Source: Macrostomum lignano (Eukaryota). Taken from it: DNA of 37,035 nt. The notes under the pieces were generated by a model. That model worked only from the letters and a program-made list of their open reading frames with translations, ran no database searches and had not been told where the DNA came from. Every line of letters starts with the position of its first letter. The first letter of the stretch is position 1. The position numbers and the translations under genes were made by a program. Shown in pieces: positions 29,369 through 37,035 of this stretch. The stretch lies in contig NIVC01004722.1 in the NCBI GenBank assembly GCA_002269645.1, positions 1-37,035 of the forward strand, written 5' to 3'.

Positions 29369-29604
29369 ATCTGTGGGAATGCTTGCTGTCTTGGCGATGT
29401 TTTCTTTTTAGGGGGGAATGGCTGTCGTCTTTGTGAAAACTTTATTTATTGTTTTTCTGTTAATTTTATAAAAAAAGAATGAGATTCATAGTAATCATCT
29501 TTGTCTTCAACAAGATGTTTTTGAGCATCATTAAAGCTTCCTAAAAATTTGTTGTTGTTCCAATCTCTTTAATTGAGTGTTCTCACAGTAAGAGACCGTC
29601 TTTA

Positions 29605-29870
29605 CGGCGGTTGCAGCTTAGTGATTTAGAGCCTCGGACTCACAACTGGAAGGTCGGGGGTTCGATTCCTAATCCCACTCGATCGGAACAATTTGTGCCC
29701 TTGAGCAAGACAATTAACTCTGCATTGCTTCAGTTCACCCAGCTGTAAAATGAGTGCCAGCATTAGCTGGGGTAGTTGAGGGTGTGTGTGGCGACCCCCC
29801 AGTCCTTGGACTGAACAGCCGTGGCCCGTGAATCGTGAACGACAGGAAAGCATTAGACAAAGGCAGGAAA
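29605..29870 (+). mobile_element. tRNA-derived SINE with CORE-like central domain (3' boundary approximate)
   Basis: B box GGTTCGATTCC at 29659-29669 with a degenerate A-box region upstream; CCCTTGAGCAAGACAATTAACTC...CAGTTCACCCAGCTGTAAAATGAG resembles the CORE/MIR domain (CCTTGGGCAAGT.ACTTAAC...CAGTTTCCTCATCTGTAAAATGGG). Confidence 0.7.
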
Positions 29871-30435
29871 AGTGCTTCTTTTACTATCTGATTTATTGTA
29901 GGAGACACAGTCAGTTTGCTGTGGAATATATTTTTGAGAACAAAGAAGACATTAAAATTGCATATAATATTTAAATATTATCAATATTATATGACATGTT
30001 GTTATTTTTTTAATATAACTGAATCATCTAGACAGCCACACACACTAGAACAGCTTTCTCGTGGATACAATTATTAAGCCTTTTGACAAAGCCAGCAAGC
30101 CTTAAAACACAAATTATAACAAATAAGGTATTATTTTGTTAGGCCGGGGGACCAGTGAACATAACCAAACTCAATTGAATAGCAACTTTGGAAATAAGCA
30201 ATTCTTCCAACTTCTGAATATTAATGCAACAGATGACGAAATTATAAGTCATTATAAATTACCTTTTTATATAGAATTAGAAAAATAAAATTACAAAAAC
30301 TAGGCTAGGATAATAATAGAATATTATTTGCTTCAAAAAGATGTACAATACGCACAATATACCGGGCCAGATCTCGGGGTCGGGTAGAGGCTGGTAGCAG
30401 AGAACAGCCAATACAGCACTGTTATATACAAGCAG

Positions 30436-30462
30436 AAGACAGACAGACAGACAGAGAGACAC

Positions 30463-30517
<55 letters not shown>

Positions 30518-30552
30518 CACAGCACAGACAGACAGACAGACAGACAGACAGC

Positions 30553-30585
<33 letters not shown>

Positions 30586-30588
30586 CTA

Positions 30589-30621
<33 letters not shown>

Positions 30622-30657
30622 CTAGACAGATAGACAGACAGACAGACAGACAGACGG
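30436..30657 (+). repeat. (GACA)n microsatellite, interrupted
   Basis: Direct inspection. Confidence 0.95.
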
Positions 30658-31439
30658 AACAAAGACAGACAAAGTTAAAGCAAAGTGAACAAAAAGTGAA
30701 AGATTACAGAGCTGGGATTTGGGATAAATATATATGCATTCTAATATTGGTACAATAATTAACATTATTAATTGACAATAAGATCACATATATCGAATCT
30801 GTATTGTACCATTCTGCTCAAATTCTGTCTGTCTATCAATATTTTTGACATTGTTAAACTGATGTGACACAAAGTTAAGAATTGCGAGCGACCAAGCTGA
30901 ATATTAATAATTATTTATTCAATTGAAAAACACCAATGGACATTTTAGAACGGAGAGGGGGCGATTTAACATTGAACCGGTGCACTGCAAGAATGACGGT
31001 GTTTCAGACATATGATCTGGTATTTAAAAAACTTTAAAGGACCAATGAATACAATTGTTTTTATTTAGTTTAGGGACAATTTTTAACACTGCAGAAGTTC
31101 CCGTCAACATCTGCCTTGCAAACACAAACAAGAAAGCAATAAGGGCGACACAACAGGCTGCAAACTAGGCATTTAAATAATGTCAAACAACAAAGAAACG
31201 GACACAAGATGCACATATTTTAGTCAGCGTCAATAAAATAATTATAAAGGATTTAAGTGCCTGCGGATATTCTGCTCTAATTTCTAATGCTGGGCTGTTG
31301 CTACAGAAAACATTCAAGTTAAAAAAGCTGATAGTGAGCTGATCGGCGCAAAATAATAATTTCAACACTACTGGGGGCGACAGACAAGGTTAAAACAGAG
31401 TACGCGCGTCCTAAAAGTACAAAGGTACTTATAAAGTAG

Positions 31440-31585
31440 CAATGTACTGTATCAGTACGCATGTACTTTTAGGGTATGCATGTACTATATCAGTACACAT
31501 GTACTTTTAAGACATGCATGTACTATATCAGTACACATGTACTTTTAAGGTATGCATGCACTATATCAGTACGCATGTACCTTTT
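31440..31585 (+). repeat. About 38-nt tandem repeat (GCATGTACTATATCAGTACACATGTACTTTTAAGGTAT), about 4 units
   Basis: Direct inspection; rich in GTAC palindromes. Confidence 0.85.
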
Positions 31586-31851
31586 TATCAAAAGTACGCG
31601 CGTACGAATAAAGTACGCTCGCACTTACCGGGTGCCGGAGCGATTATTAACAATTAGGACAATTTTTCAAACCGTAATCCATTTCACGTCGAGACCTAAC
31701 AAGTGCAATCTGCGTTGATGTTGCACTAATACAATAATAACAAATAGCCATTAGGATTTAACCAATGAAGCTACTAAAATAGATAGCGCCAACCCCCCAG
31801 CCAAATTGAATTTAAAACTTAGTATTCGGTTATTAAAACAAGAGAAATATA

Positions 31852-36045
<4,194 letters not shown>

Positions 36046-36051
36046 ATTTAT

Positions 36052-36086
<35 letters not shown>

Positions 36087-37035
36087 CTGGCGAGCCGACT
36101 TGCTTTTGTGCTTCACTCGGCCTAGAAACGATGTACGCCTGCCTCCTCCTGTACCACCGGTGTCGGCGTGACCCCCACCTCCTCCTCCGCCGCCGCCTAC
36201 TCCCGGACTATTCCCCTTGTCCGAGGCCGACTTATTAGACTTTTTTTGCGCACTGGCCGCGCTCTGAACTGCTATCCGACTGCTGCCTCGCCTGCTGCTG
36301 CTGCTGCGGCTGCTGCTGCTGCTGTTGGCTGTTTTGCTGTCCCTGCTGCGGCGACAAAGTGGCACTATTTGATATGTGTAGCCTAGACTGCTTGCTAGTG
36401 ATGGGCCCAATCTTGCAACTGGCACGGTGCAGGCTTCATGAAACATTATCCAATTATTAACTTTAAATTTACATTCATTGATAGAAAAACTATTACAAAA
36501 GTTGACACCTAATTGAGCAAAGCAAATAAGCTAATAAAATTGATGGAAAATGTATAAAAAACTGCTGTCGTTATTGGAAGCTACCATTTTAAAACAAAGA
36601 GATTTTTCTTGAGGCTAAATAGATTAAAAATACTCTTTAAATGTTTTAAACTCTTTTTCTATATACTTTTAAGTTTTTCAAACTTTATAATTTCTTTTAT
36701 ATTGATTTTAAAACATGCATATAGAACCTCCAGTTTTACAAGTATGATTAAAAAATTGAAAGTTGTCAAAGGTAGCTTGTCATATCCAAAGAGACCAATC
36801 CTTGCAACATTTTAACAATATCAATAAAGAGATTGTTAGACAGTTCCTACCCTCATTCTTCTTTTCTAGTAGACAAACAGTTTTAAAAAGAGAAAACTTT
36901 TTGTTAGCTTAGCATATAAATTATTGGCCAAGAAAGCAAACTTAATACTTGCTTTGCTATTAAGAGGTACTAGAAAGAGGGCATCTGGTACAATTCAAAC
37001 CTTGGCTGGCTGAAATATAGGTGATAGATAATTAT

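Overview
Eukaryotic (metazoan) genomic DNA: spliceosomal genes, polyQ tracts and many mini/microsatellites. It resembles a flatworm such as Macrostomum (inference only). Host genes: CDS-intronless synaptotagmin-1 (+), a 4-exon gene of unknown function (-), a multi-exon divergent plakin-family gene (-), and a 3-exon USP7 (-) whose His-box segment is absent. Mobile elements: the 5' LTR/PBS/gag start of a Ty3/gypsy element, a hAT-type MITE with an 8-bp TSD, and a CORE-type tRNA-SINE. The highlight is a ~6.3 kb Penelope-like element (PLE, 14242-20553, Neptune-like RT + GIY-YIG). It has partial-tandem pseudo-LTRs, a type I hammerhead ribozyme and a retained 93-nt intron that supplies the AUG for an upstream ORF1. 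ORF1 ends in U-UUA-AAC-UAG, a -1 slippery heptamer that leads into the RT frame, which has no usable AUG of its own. The element's 3' end runs through GATAGAT microhomology into a ~2.1 kb almost perfect (GATA)n array. Caution: several host ORFs carry 1-nt deletions typical of long-read assembly error, so every frameshift-based claim needs read-level checking.
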